A stretch of 64,000 nucleotides of DNA from an uncultured Solirubrobacterales bacterium (GTDB lineage: Bacteria > Actinomycetota > Thermoleophilia > Solirubrobacterales > Solirubrobacteraceae), in NCBI GenBank assembly GCA_963850335.1, contig CAWKKY010000008.1, forward strand, positions 28,077 through 92,076. The letters are read 5' to 3'. Below, one piece after another: positions 54,150 through 62,822 of this stretch. The notes under the pieces are model-generated. The model worked only from the letters and a program-made list of their open reading frames with translations, made no database searches and was not told the origin of the DNA. Every line of letters starts with the position of its first letter. The first letter of the stretch is position 1. The position numbers and the translations under genes were made by a program.

Positions 54150-54236
54150 CTCGATGCGCGCCGGCACGCCGGGGAGTCTCGCTGAGCGCCGCCGTTCCGT
54201 CAACGTCGGGGACCGGAGCGGGGATACGATGAGCGC

Positions 54237-55949
54237 ATGGTGCAGCGACCGGAGCGTCGGCTGATCCGGTGGACGGCCGGTGTTGGCGTCGGATGTGTGA
54301 TCGCGGTGATCGCGCTTGCGGCGGGGCGTCTCGACGGGGCACCGGCACGAGCCGCAGGTCGCTCGCCCGTGATCAGCTTCTATTTCGGGCTGAAGCGCCC
54401 GGAGTCGAGCGCCGTGGCGGCGTTCTTCGCCGCTGAGCAACCTGGGAGCCGGAGCTACCGCCGATTTCTCAGTCCCGGCCAGATCGCCCACCGGTACGGC
54501 GCGGACGCCGGCACGCGGGTCGCGTTCACCCGCGCGATCCGAGCCCTGGGACTCACGCCCCGGATCGATGCCTCTGGGGTCTTCGCACGGGTGAGCGGAA
54601 CGCCGCGGCAGCTCGGCCGCGCCTTCCACGTCCGCATCACCTCCCTGGTTCAGGACAACGCGACGTCGTATACGGCCGTCGGCCGACTCCGGCTCTCGCG
54701 GTCACTGCGTCCGCTCGTCCGCGAGGTGGTCGCGGCCTACGCCAAGACCGCACGGCCGCCCGGCGGCGTCGGCCCACGGCGAGGGCTTGGGGCGACACCG
54801 GCACCCGGCAATGCCGGGACCTGGACCGATGGCTGCAACGCGGCTCGGGCGACGGGCGCGTACAGCTTTGCCCAGGTCCGGCACGCCTACCGGCTTGACG
54901 CGGTTGGATCCGGAGCGGGCGGGACAGTCGCCATCCTCGGCGACCAGGAGAGCGTTGCCCCCCAGGACATCGTCGCCAACGCCCGGTGCTTCCATCTCCC
55001 CGCCGGGCGTGTGCACACCGTTTTCACGGACGGCCAGACGCGTCCGTTCGGCCGCGAGAGCTTCGAGCCGCAGGAGGATCTCGCGCTCGTCCGCGGGATG
55101 GCACCGCAGTTGCGTTCGGTCCTGCTCACCGGGGTGTGGGGCTCACCGAACCTCTGGTTCCTCGGTCCGGCAAAGCTGATGACGCTCGGTCGGTTGCCGG
55201 ATGCCCTGACGATCTCCTACGGCTACTGCGAGCGGCAGTTCCTCGCCAGCGCGTCCGCGCGTCAGGGGTCGAGCCTGCTGGGCTCGATGTTCGTCCGCCT
55301 CGGTCTCGCCGGGGTACCGGTCTTTGGCTCGGCTGGCGACTCTGGCTCAACCTGCAACGGCGTGGCCATCCCGGGGGTGGCGTGGCCGGCGTCCTCGCCG
55401 TATGTGACCGTCGTCGGCGGAACCCGGCTCGTCCTCAACCGGGCCAACGATCGCACGGGCGAGGTCGTGTGGAACGACCTGAAATGGCTCACCCCGGACA
55501 ACGGCGGAGGTGCGGGCGGCGGCGGCCTCTCGAGCTTCTACCTCCGGCCGCCGTACCAGCGCGGCATTGGCGTGGGCGGGACCCGCCGGGCGGTGCCGGA
55601 CGCCGCCGTTCACGCGTCGATGCTTCCGGGCTGGCCGGTCGTCAACGCGGGCCACTGGATCGAGGACGCGGGGACGAGCTCAGCCGCGCCGTTGCTCGCG
55701 TCGGCGTTCGCGGTGATCAACGCGAGGCTGCGCGCCGCACACCGCACGCCGCTCGGGCCCGTGAATGGACTGCTCTACTGGCTGCGCCGCCACCGGCCGA
55801 GCACGATCTTTGATGTGGTCACCGGCGACAACCGGTACAGCCCGAAGGTCCCGGGACACCGGGCCAAGCGCGGCTACGACCTCGCGAGTGGGGTTGGCGT
55901 CCCGCGGTTTGACCGGATCATCGGGGCCCTCCCGGCCCGGGCCGGCTGA
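54237..55949 (+). CDS. Secreted S53 peptidase with kumamolisin-type pro-domain
   Basis: Pro-domain (YRRFLSPGQIAHRYG), FEPQED, SAGDSG, AGTSSAAP, GYDLASGVG. Confidence 0.9.
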   Translation: MVQRPERRLIRWTAGVGVGCVIAVIALAAGRLDGAPARAAGRSPVISFYFGLKRPESSAVAAFFAAEQPGSRSYRRFLSPGQIAHRYGADAGTRVAFTRAIRALGLTPRIDASGVFARVSGTPRQLGRAFHVRITSLVQDNATSYTAVGRLRLSRSLRPLVREVVAAYAKTARPPGGVGPRRGLGATPAPGNAGTWTDGCNAARATGAYSFAQVRHAYRLDAVGSGAGGTVAILGDQESVAPQDIVANARCFHLPAGRVHTVFTDGQTRPFGRESFEPQEDLALVRGMAPQLRSVLLTGVWGSPNLWFLGPAKLMTLGRLPDALTISYGYCERQFLASASARQGSSLLGSMFVRLGLAGVPVFGSAGDSGSTCNGVAIPGVAWPASSPYVTVVGGTRLVLNRANDRTGEVVWNDLKWLTPDNGGGAGGGGLSSFYLRPPYQRGIGVGGTRRAVPDAAVHASMLPGWPVVNAGHWIEDAGTSSAAPLLASAFAVINARLRAAHRTPLGPVNGLLYWLRRHRPSTIFDVVTGDNRYSPKVPGHRAKRGYDLASGVGVPRFDRIIGALPARAG

Positions 55950-56062
55950 GGGTCTGTCCGGGGTCACCGATTGGTTCCGTAGTAAGTACGGTCGGGCGGC
56001 TGTGGACGATGCCGAGAACACTTGAGTACCGCTATCGCAGGGCTTCCCCAGGGACGAAAAAG

Positions 56063-57346
56063 ATGCATCGGATCTCGCCCGCCAGCGCAGAGCTTGCCGC
56101 GCCCCGTCACCAACGGCGTCGGCCCACGCCGCCGGCGCTGCCGGCGCGGTCAGAGCTGTTCGTCGCGCGCCAGCCGATGTTCGACCGTCGGATGCGGGTC
56201 GTCGGCTACGAGCTGCTGTTCCGCGCCGGCTTCGTCGCGGAGGCCGCGGTCATCGACGATGTCGCCGCCACCGCCAACGTGATGCTTAACGTGTTCACCG
56301 AGATCGGTCCCGAGCGCATCCTGGGTTCGCATCCGGGTTGGATCAACGTCTCCCGGGACTTCCTGCTGCGCGGGTTGGCGAGCGTCGCGCCGCCAGGCAT
56401 CGTCGGGCTCGAGATCCTGGAGGATCAGGTGATCGATGACGAGCTCATCGCCACCATCGCCGAGCTCAAGGAACAGGGATACCAGCTGTCGCTTGACGAC
56501 TTTGAGTACAGCCCTGAGGCCGAGCCGCTGCTCGCACTCGTCGATGTGGTCAAGCTCGATGTGCTCGCGCTCGGACGGGAGAGCTTCTCCGAGCACGTGC
56601 GACGGGCTCGGCGACACGGACTGACCGTGCTCGCCGAGAAGGTCGAAACCCATGAGGACCATGAGTACTGCATGGCTGAGGGGTGCGATCTCTTCCAGGG
56701 GTACTTCTACCGGCGGCCGAAATTGTTCGCGCCGGCTCGCCTGAACGCCAACCGTGCGGCGCTCATGCAGCTGATCGCCGCGCTCCACGATCCCTACGCC
56801 GAGCTTCAGGAGCTTGAGCGTCTCGTCGCCCGCGACGTCGCGCTCAGCGTCCGCCTGCTCCGGTACATCAACTCGGCGTTCTTCGGACTGCACTGCGAGG
56901 TGACATCGATCGGGCAGGCGGTGGCACTCCTCGGGATCGAGAACCTCCAGCGGTGGGCGACGCTGACGGTGTTCGCGAGCATCGACGGCAAGCCGGCCGA
57001 GCTGACGATCACGGCGCTGACCCGGGGCCGGTTCTGCGAGCTCGCCGGGTCGCGCATCCGCGGCGCTGAGCCCTCGCAGCTGTTCACACTCGGCCTGTTC
57101 TCGGTGATCGAGGCTCTCCTCGACACGCCGATCGAGGAGGTCCTGAAGTCGATCCCGTTCCCTCAGCAGATGCGCGATGCGCTCGTCGCCCACGCTGGTG
57201 AGATGGGCCGGCTGCTCGACTGCGTGACCGCGCTGGAGACTGGCGACTTCCGCCGTGCCGACGAGCTCATCCCGGGCTGTGCCCGCGCCCACACCGAGGC
57301 GATGATCTGGGCCGACGAGGCCGCGGATCCGCTCCTCGGGAGCTGA
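56063..57346 (+). CDS. EAL/HDOD domain protein (YuxH-like)
   Basis: FVARQPMF, GYELLFR, LDDF, LAEKVET, FQGYFY, then HDOD (LLRYINSAFFG). Confidence 0.9.
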   Translation: MHRISPASAELAAPRHQRRRPTPPALPARSELFVARQPMFDRRMRVVGYELLFRAGFVAEAAVIDDVAATANVMLNVFTEIGPERILGSHPGWINVSRDFLLRGLASVAPPGIVGLEILEDQVIDDELIATIAELKEQGYQLSLDDFEYSPEAEPLLALVDVVKLDVLALGRESFSEHVRRARRHGLTVLAEKVETHEDHEYCMAEGCDLFQGYFYRRPKLFAPARLNANRAALMQLIAALHDPYAELQELERLVARDVALSVRLLRYINSAFFGLHCEVTSIGQAVALLGIENLQRWATLTVFASIDGKPAELTITALTRGRFCELAGSRIRGAEPSQLFTLGLFSVIEALLDTPIEEVLKSIPFPQQMRDALVAHAGEMGRLLDCVTALETGDFRRADELIPGCARAHTEAMIWADEAADPLLGS

Positions 57347-57557
57347 CGGCGTCGTTCCCTGCTGCACGCCCCGCGATCGAGCCGAAACGCAAGAAAGCGT
57401 CGCTCGTGGCCGTCGCTGACATGCGTTTTGGTCAATGCGGGCGTGCTCTCATGCGAAATGGCGACACCGTGCGTGACCCCGTCCGCGCGCTGTAGGGCGG
57501 ACGCCGCCCGTCGGAGGCGGTCAGGCGCCGGCGGGTGGGCGTAATACGCTCAGGCTC

Positions 57558-58970
57558 GTGGACGAGAACACGGGATCGGTGCTCTCACCCGGGGGCCGGC
57601 GCCCGCCCTGGTCCCTCGGTGTGCTCGTGGCGGTTGCGCTCGTGGCGTTCTCCACCGGGCTCGTGTATCCGCTCAAGCAGGTGACGGCGGTCTCCTCGCT
57701 CGGCGTTGTCTACCTGCTGGCGGTCGTGATCGTCTCGGCGTTCTGGGGCGCATGGCTCGGGATCGCAACCGCCGTGATGAGCGCCGCGGCGTTCAACTTC
57801 TTCCACATCCCACCGGTTGGCCGATTCACGATCGCCGACAGCCGCAACTGGATCGCCGTGGCCACGTTCTTCGTCGCCGCGATCCTCACGAGCACCGTCA
57901 GCGAACGTGCGCGTTCACGGGCGATCGAGGCCGAGCGTCGTCGTGCGGAGGCCGACCTGACCTCGGAGATGGCGCAGCTCCTGCTGGCGCGGAGCGGCGT
58001 CGACGATGCGCTCGCGCTGATCGGCCGTCGTCTGGCGCAGATGTTCGAGCTGACGTGGGCGACGATCGCGCTCGATGAGCAGCGCGGGGATGCCCGCCGG
58101 ACCGCTATCCCCCTGGTCGCCGGGGGCCGCCGTCTGGGGACGCTGCTCATTCCAGCGGCGATCCCACCGCGGCTGACCACCCGGGTGCGCGAGCGGATCG
58201 TGCCGACGCTGTCGGCGTTGCTCGCGATGGTGCTCGAGCGCGAGCGATTGGTCGCCGAGGCGGTCCAGACGGAGGGGCTGCGGCGCAGCGAGGCGGTGAA
58301 GACCGCCGTCCTGCGTGCCGTCTCCCATGACCTTCGCTCCCCGGTCACGGCGATGGTCGCGGCCGGCGCTGCCATGCGGGTAGCGGATCTCAGTCCGGCC
58401 GAGCGCGATGAGCTCGGCGGCCTCGTCGTCGACGAGGGTGCGCGGCTGGCACGCCTGATTGACGACCTCCTCGACCTGTCAAAGCTGGAAGCGCAGACCG
58501 CCGCCCCCCGGCTCGCGGAATGCACCGTCGAGGAGGTGATCGACGCCGCGCTCGCCGGGCAACCGCCCGAGGCACGGTTCGAGGTACGGATCGACCCGGA
58601 TGTCCAACCCGTCCGGGCCGACTTCGTCCAGATCGAGCGGGTGCTGGCGAATCTGATGGAGAATGCCCGGCGATACTCAGATGGAGACCCGGTGATCATT
58701 CGAGCCCGCCCGGTCGGCGACCGCGTGATCGTCCGCGTGATCGATCAGGGTCCCGGAATCCCTGCCGCCGACCAGGAGCGGATCTTCGAGCCGTTCTACC
58801 GCGCCGACAGCGCCGTGGACAGCCACCCCGGCTCGGGCCTCGGGCTGGCGATCGCCAAGGGCTTCGTCGAGGCCAACGGCGGCCGCATCTGGGTCGAGTC
58901 GACTCCGGGGCAGGGGAGCACGTTCGTCATTGAGCTCCCCGCCGCCGACGGGTCCGAGGCGGCTGAGTGA
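57558..58970 (+). CDS. kdpD: KdpD-like sensor histidine kinase lacking the N-terminal KdpD/USP domains
   Basis: Four TM helices with FNFFHIPP (DUF4118), SHDLRSP H-box, NLMENA, DQGPG, GSGLGL. Confidence 0.85.
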   Translation: MDENTGSVLSPGGRRPPWSLGVLVAVALVAFSTGLVYPLKQVTAVSSLGVVYLLAVVIVSAFWGAWLGIATAVMSAAAFNFFHIPPVGRFTIADSRNWIAVATFFVAAILTSTVSERARSRAIEAERRRAEADLTSEMAQLLLARSGVDDALALIGRRLAQMFELTWATIALDEQRGDARRTAIPLVAGGRRLGTLLIPAAIPPRLTTRVRERIVPTLSALLAMVLERERLVAEAVQTEGLRRSEAVKTAVLRAVSHDLRSPVTAMVAAGAAMRVADLSPAERDELGGLVVDEGARLARLIDDLLDLSKLEAQTAAPRLAECTVEEVIDAALAGQPPEARFEVRIDPDVQPVRADFVQIERVLANLMENARRYSDGDPVIIRARPVGDRVIVRVIDQGPGIPAADQERIFEPFYRADSAVDSHPGSGLGLAIAKGFVEANGGRIWVESTPGQGSTFVIELPAADGSEAAE

Positions 58971-59668
58971 ACGGTCCGGGCGCGACCGGACGGCGGATCC
59001 TCGCCGTCGACGATGAGCTCCAGATCCTGCGGGCGCTCAAGGCGACGCTGCGCAGCCACGGCTACGAGGTCGTGACAGCGGCGACCATGGAGGAGGGACT
59101 CGACGCCGCTGCGCTCACCCCGCTGGACGTTGCGATCGTCGATCTCCTCCTGCCGGACGGCGATGGCATCGAGCTGGCTCGGCGGCTACGCGAGTGGAGT
59201 TCGATGCCGATCATCGTGCTCTCGGCCGTTGGCGATGAGGAGGAGAAGGTGAGGGCGCTCCGGTCCGGAGCCGACGACTACGTCACCAAACCGTTCAGTC
59301 CGGCCGAGCTCGTCGCCCGGATCGAGGCGGTCCTCCGTCGCACGGCCCCGGAGCCTGAGAGCGCGCTCGTCGAGGTCGCCGGGCTCGAAATCGACCTCGC
59401 TGAACACCGCGTCCGGCGCGATGGTGAGGAAGTTCACCTCACTCCAACCGAGTTCGATCTCCTGCGGGTGTTCGTGCGCAACCGCGGTCGTCTGCTGACC
59501 CACCGGATGCTGCTCATTGAGGTGTGGGGGCCTGAGTACGCGGAGGACGTCACCGTGCTGCGGGGTCAGATCGCGAACCTGAGGCGGAAGATCGAGGCGC
59601 CCGCTGGGGCGCGCCGGCACTACATCCGCACCGAGCCGGGTATCGGGTACCGGTTCGAGCCGAAGTAG
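58967..59668 (+). CDS. kdpE: KdpE response regulator
   Basis: VDDE, DLLLPDGDG, GADDYVTKPF, LTPTEF, VWGPEY, RTEPGIGYRF. Confidence 0.92.
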   Translation: MNGPGATGRRILAVDDELQILRALKATLRSHGYEVVTAATMEEGLDAAALTPLDVAIVDLLLPDGDGIELARRLREWSSMPIIVLSAVGDEEEKVRALRSGADDYVTKPFSPAELVARIEAVLRRTAPEPESALVEVAGLEIDLAEHRVRRDGEEVHLTPTEFDLLRVFVRNRGRLLTHRMLLIEVWGPEYAEDVTVLRGQIANLRRKIEAPAGARRHYIRTEPGIGYRFEPK

Positions 59669-59678
59669 CGGCGCCCTC

Positions 59679-59731
59679 GTCTGCAGGAAATCTGTACGCC
59701 AGCAGGGGCGATCTGTACGCCGCTGCATGTC
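59679..59731 (+). promoter_or_regulatory. Direct-repeat operator copy 1 (ATCTGTACGCC at 59690 and 59711)
   Basis: Two identical 11-mers 21 bp apart, with weaker flanking units at 11-bp spacing. Confidence 0.6.
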
Positions 59732-59756
59732 GGCTGTTGCAAGATTGAGGCGCGAT

Positions 59757-60110
59757 GTGAGTGAGCGTGTGCTCGTCTGCGACCCCAGCCCGCAGGCCCA
59801 ACGGGCCCTGGGGGTGACGCTTCACGCGGGGTACCAAGTCATGACGGCAACCACGGCCGTCCAGGCGTCTGGAACTCACCCGGGCAGCGCCGCGCGTGCC
59901 GTGATCGTCGAGTGCGGTGCTGCCGTGAGCTCACGGGGCACGAGCTCTGATGCCGCGCCGGCTGCTGGAGGACACGTCGCGAGGACCATCCGCGCAAAGC
60001 TCGACCCCGGACAGAGGCGCGGACTGATCGAGACCCAGTGCGGAATCGGCTACCGATTCAGGCCCCGGACTGCGTCCGGAGTCGATCGGCCGGCCGGGAT
60101 CCCCGCATAG
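59757..60110 (+). pseudogene. Collapsed kdpE paralogue (receiver start fused in frame to the winged-helix end)
   Basis: RVLVCD...QRALGVTLHAGYQVMTA and IRAKL...IETQCGIGYRF align with the two ends of the adjacent KdpE. ~115 central residues are absent. Confidence 0.75.
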
Positions 60111-60118
60111 CGCGACCC

Positions 60119-60172
60119 ATCTGTATGCGATCTGTACGCCGCGGCGCATTTTCTGTATGCGGCCTACATGCC
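60119..60172 (+). promoter_or_regulatory. Direct-repeat operator copy 2, putative KdpE site upstream of the kdp operon
   Basis: ATCTGTATGCG (60119), ATCTGTACGCC (60130), TTCTGTATGCG (60151). The 11/21-bp spacing is typical of OmpR-family sites. Confidence 0.7.
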
Positions 60173-60181
60173 GGCGGGCCC

Positions 60182-60274
60182 ATGATGCTGGACATGGACA
60201 TTGTCGCGGTTGTACTCGGCGTCGTCACCTTCGCGGTGTTGTACGCATTGATCTTCGGAATCGAGCGGATATGA
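60182..60274 (+). CDS. 30-aa membrane peptide upstream of kdpF
   Basis: MMLDMDIVAVVLGVVTFAVLYALIFGIERI*. ATGA overlap with the next ORF. Confidence 0.7.
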   Translation: MMLDMDIVAVVLGVVTFAVLYALIFGIERI

Positions 60275-60393
60275 GTCTCTCGCTCGCCGCATTTATCGGC
60301 CACATGAGTGGCGCTGACTTCTTTGGACTCGTCGTTTCCGTGCTCGTCTGCCTGTACCTCGTGTACGCGCTGCTTCGTGGAGAGAGGTTGTAA
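60271..60393 (+). CDS. kdpF: KdpF subunit (40 aa, or 29 aa from ATG 60304)
   Basis: C-terminal LYLVYALLRGERL matches the KdpF signature. Ends 3 bp before kdpA. Confidence 0.85.
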   Translation: MSLSLAAFIGHMSGADFFGLVVSVLVCLYLVYALLRGERL

Positions 60394-60396
60394 GTC

Positions 60397-62163
60397 ATGA
60401 CCTTCCTCGGCTGGGTCACCATCTTTGGCTTCGCGGCCATCCTCACCGTCCTGGCGCTGCCGCTGGGCCGGTACATGGCTGCTGTGTACTCGGGCGAGCG
60501 CACCTTCCTGGACCGGATCTTCGGAGGACCCGAGCGGCTCCTGTACAAGGTCATGCGGGTCGACCCGCACAAGGGTCAGGACTGGAAGGCGTACGCCAAG
60601 AGCCTGATCATCTTCTCGCTCGCCGGATGGCTGCTTCTGTATCTCATCCTGCGTACGCAGACCCTGTGGAACTTCACCGGGCTCAACCCACAGCACTTCC
60701 ATTCCGCCCCGTGGAACGTGACGTTCAATACGACGTCGTCGTTCCTCACGAACACGAACTGGCAGTACTACGGCGGCGAGACGACGATGAGTTACTTCAG
60801 CCAGATGGCGGGGCTCACCGTCCAGAACTTCCTCTCGGCCGCGATCGGCATCGCGGTCGCCGTCGCGCTTATCCGCGGCATCATCTCGCGCTCCGGGAAG
60901 AGCCTCGGCAACTTCTGGCAGGACCTCATCCGCACGACGCTCTACGTCCTGCTGCCGATCGCGTTTGTCGTCGCTCTCGTGCTCGTCTTCCAGGGCGTGA
61001 TCCAGAACTTCTCGCACTACGTGATGGCGCACACGCTGACCGGCGGGACGCAGACGATCGCTCAGGGACCGGTCGCCTCACAGGAGGCGATCAAGGAACT
61101 CGGGACGAACGGCGGCGGATTCTTCAACGTCAACTCGTCGCACCCCTTCGAGAACCCCTCGGGCTTCACGAACTTCGTCGAGATGCTCGCGGTCCTGATC
61201 ATCCCGGCGGCGCTGATCTTGATGTACGGCCGGATGACCGGCCGTCGGCGCCAGGGCTACACGATCTATGGCGCGGTGATGTTCATGTTCCTCGGAGCGG
61301 TCATCGTCGCGTATATCGCCGAGGCGCACGGTTCGCCGGCACAGCACGCGGCGGGCCTGCATACGGGCGTGCTGCACGGGTCCGTCGGCGGCAACATGGA
61401 GGGCAAGGAGACTCGCTTTGGGATCGCCGGATCGGCCCTGTTCGACGTCGTCACGACGGTCACGTCGTGTGGAGCGGTGAACAGCGCGATTGAGTCCTTC
61501 ACTGGCATTGGTGGGGCGATCCCGATGGCCAACCTGTCCGCCAGCGAGACGATCTTCGGCGGCGTCGGAACCGGCTTGTACTCGATCCTTTTGTACGTCA
61601 TCCTCGCCGTGTTCATCGGCGGACTGATGGTCGGCCGCACGCCGGAATACCTCGGCAAGAAGATCGAGGCCCGGGAGATCAAGCTCACGGTCCTCGGCCT
61701 GCTCGCGACGCCGCTGATGGCGCTGTTCTGCACGGCGATGGCGGTCGCCAGTAAGGCCGGCCGGGCGTCGATCTTCAGCCCCGGTAAGCCGCAGGCGTTC
61801 TCCGAGTCGTTCTATGCCTACTTGTCGCAGGCGAACAACAACGGGTCGGCGTTCGCCGGTTACACCGGCTTCATCCAGCCGAACGCCGGCAATCTCGGCT
61901 CGCACGGCATCACCTTTGCCAACCTGCTCGGCGGCTTCGACATGATGATCGCCCGGTACGTGCCGATCCTGTTCGCCCTCGCCATCGCCGGGTCGCTCGC
62001 TGGTAAGCGGGTCAGCCCTGCCGGACTGGGGACGATGCGCACTGACAACCCCACGTTCGCCGTGCTCTTGATCGGGGTGATCATCCTCGTCGGCGCGCTG
62101 ACGTTCTTCCCCGCACTCCTGCTCGGCCCACTCGTACAGGGCCTCACTGGACACCTCTACTAA
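60397..62163 (+). CDS. kdpA: K+-transporting ATPase subunit A
   Basis: FNTTSSFLTNTNWQYY, ELGTNGGG, TSCGAVN, GGVGTG, NNNGSAF. Confidence 0.98.
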   Translation: MTFLGWVTIFGFAAILTVLALPLGRYMAAVYSGERTFLDRIFGGPERLLYKVMRVDPHKGQDWKAYAKSLIIFSLAGWLLLYLILRTQTLWNFTGLNPQHFHSAPWNVTFNTTSSFLTNTNWQYYGGETTMSYFSQMAGLTVQNFLSAAIGIAVAVALIRGIISRSGKSLGNFWQDLIRTTLYVLLPIAFVVALVLVFQGVIQNFSHYVMAHTLTGGTQTIAQGPVASQEAIKELGTNGGGFFNVNSSHPFENPSGFTNFVEMLAVLIIPAALILMYGRMTGRRRQGYTIYGAVMFMFLGAVIVAYIAEAHGSPAQHAAGLHTGVLHGSVGGNMEGKETRFGIAGSALFDVVTTVTSCGAVNSAIESFTGIGGAIPMANLSASETIFGGVGTGLYSILLYVILAVFIGGLMVGRTPEYLGKKIEAREIKLTVLGLLATPLMALFCTAMAVASKAGRASIFSPGKPQAFSESFYAYLSQANNNGSAFAGYTGFIQPNAGNLGSHGITFANLLGGFDMMIARYVPILFALAIAGSLAGKRVSPAGLGTMRTDNPTFAVLLIGVIILVGALTFFPALLLGPLVQGLTGHLY

Positions 62164-62165
62164 TC

Positions 62166-62822
62166 ATGAGAAAAGACATCATCACCTCAGCGATCGGCAT
62201 CGTCGTCCTGACACTCGTGTTCGGGATCGCGTACCCGCTCGTGGTCACCGGCATCAGCCAGGTGGCATTCCCCGGCAACGCCAACGGCCAAAAGGTCTAC
62301 GTCAACGGGAAGCTTGTCGGCTCAAAGATCATCGGTCAGGGATTCACCGATCAGGTGGTCAAGAACGGAAAGCCCGTCGTCGACAAGAGCGGGAACCCGG
62401 TGACCGTGCCGGACCCCCGGTACTTCCAGTCACGACCCTCGGCGACCGTGCCGGCCTATAACGCCGCCGGCACCGCGTTCTCAAACGCGGGTCCGAACAA
62501 CCTGGCCACCGAGCAGGCGATCGCCTCGAACATGCAGGCGTACCTCGCGCTCGAGAAGCCATACAACCCAGGGCTGACGGGCGCTCAGATTCCGGTCGAC
62601 GCTGCGAACACGTCAGCGTCCGGGATCGACCCGGACATCTCGCCCGCGAACGCCGACATCCAGGCGCATCGGGTCGCAACGGTCCGGCACCTTGCGCTCG
62701 CCCGAGTGATGAAGCTCGTGTCGCAGTACGCGCATGGTCGTGGACTGGGCTTTTCCGGCGAGCCGGGAGTGAACGTCCTCCAACTCAACCTCGCCCTTAA
62801 CCGTTTGACAGGTGGTCACTGA
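62166..62822 (+). CDS. kdpC: K+-transporting ATPase subunit C
   Basis: [52 protein letters not shown]. Confidence 0.96.
   Translation: MRKDIITSAIGIVVLTLVFGIAYPLVVTGISQVAFPGNANGQKVYVNGKLVGSKIIGQGFTDQVVKNGKPVVDKSGNPVTVPDPRYFQSRPSATVPAYNAAGTAFSNAGPNNLATEQAIASNMQAYLALEKPYNPGLTGAQIPVDAANTSASGIDPDISPANADIQAHRVATVRHLALARVMKLVSQYAHGRGLGFSGEPGVNVLQLNLALNRLTGGH

Noticed and set aside
59669-60181. c-di-AMP (ydaO) riboswitch, often found before kdp operons; also looked for upstream of the M15 peptidase at 7874-8049
   Set aside because: Conserved ydaO elements not seen. The space is explained by direct repeats and the kdpE remnant.
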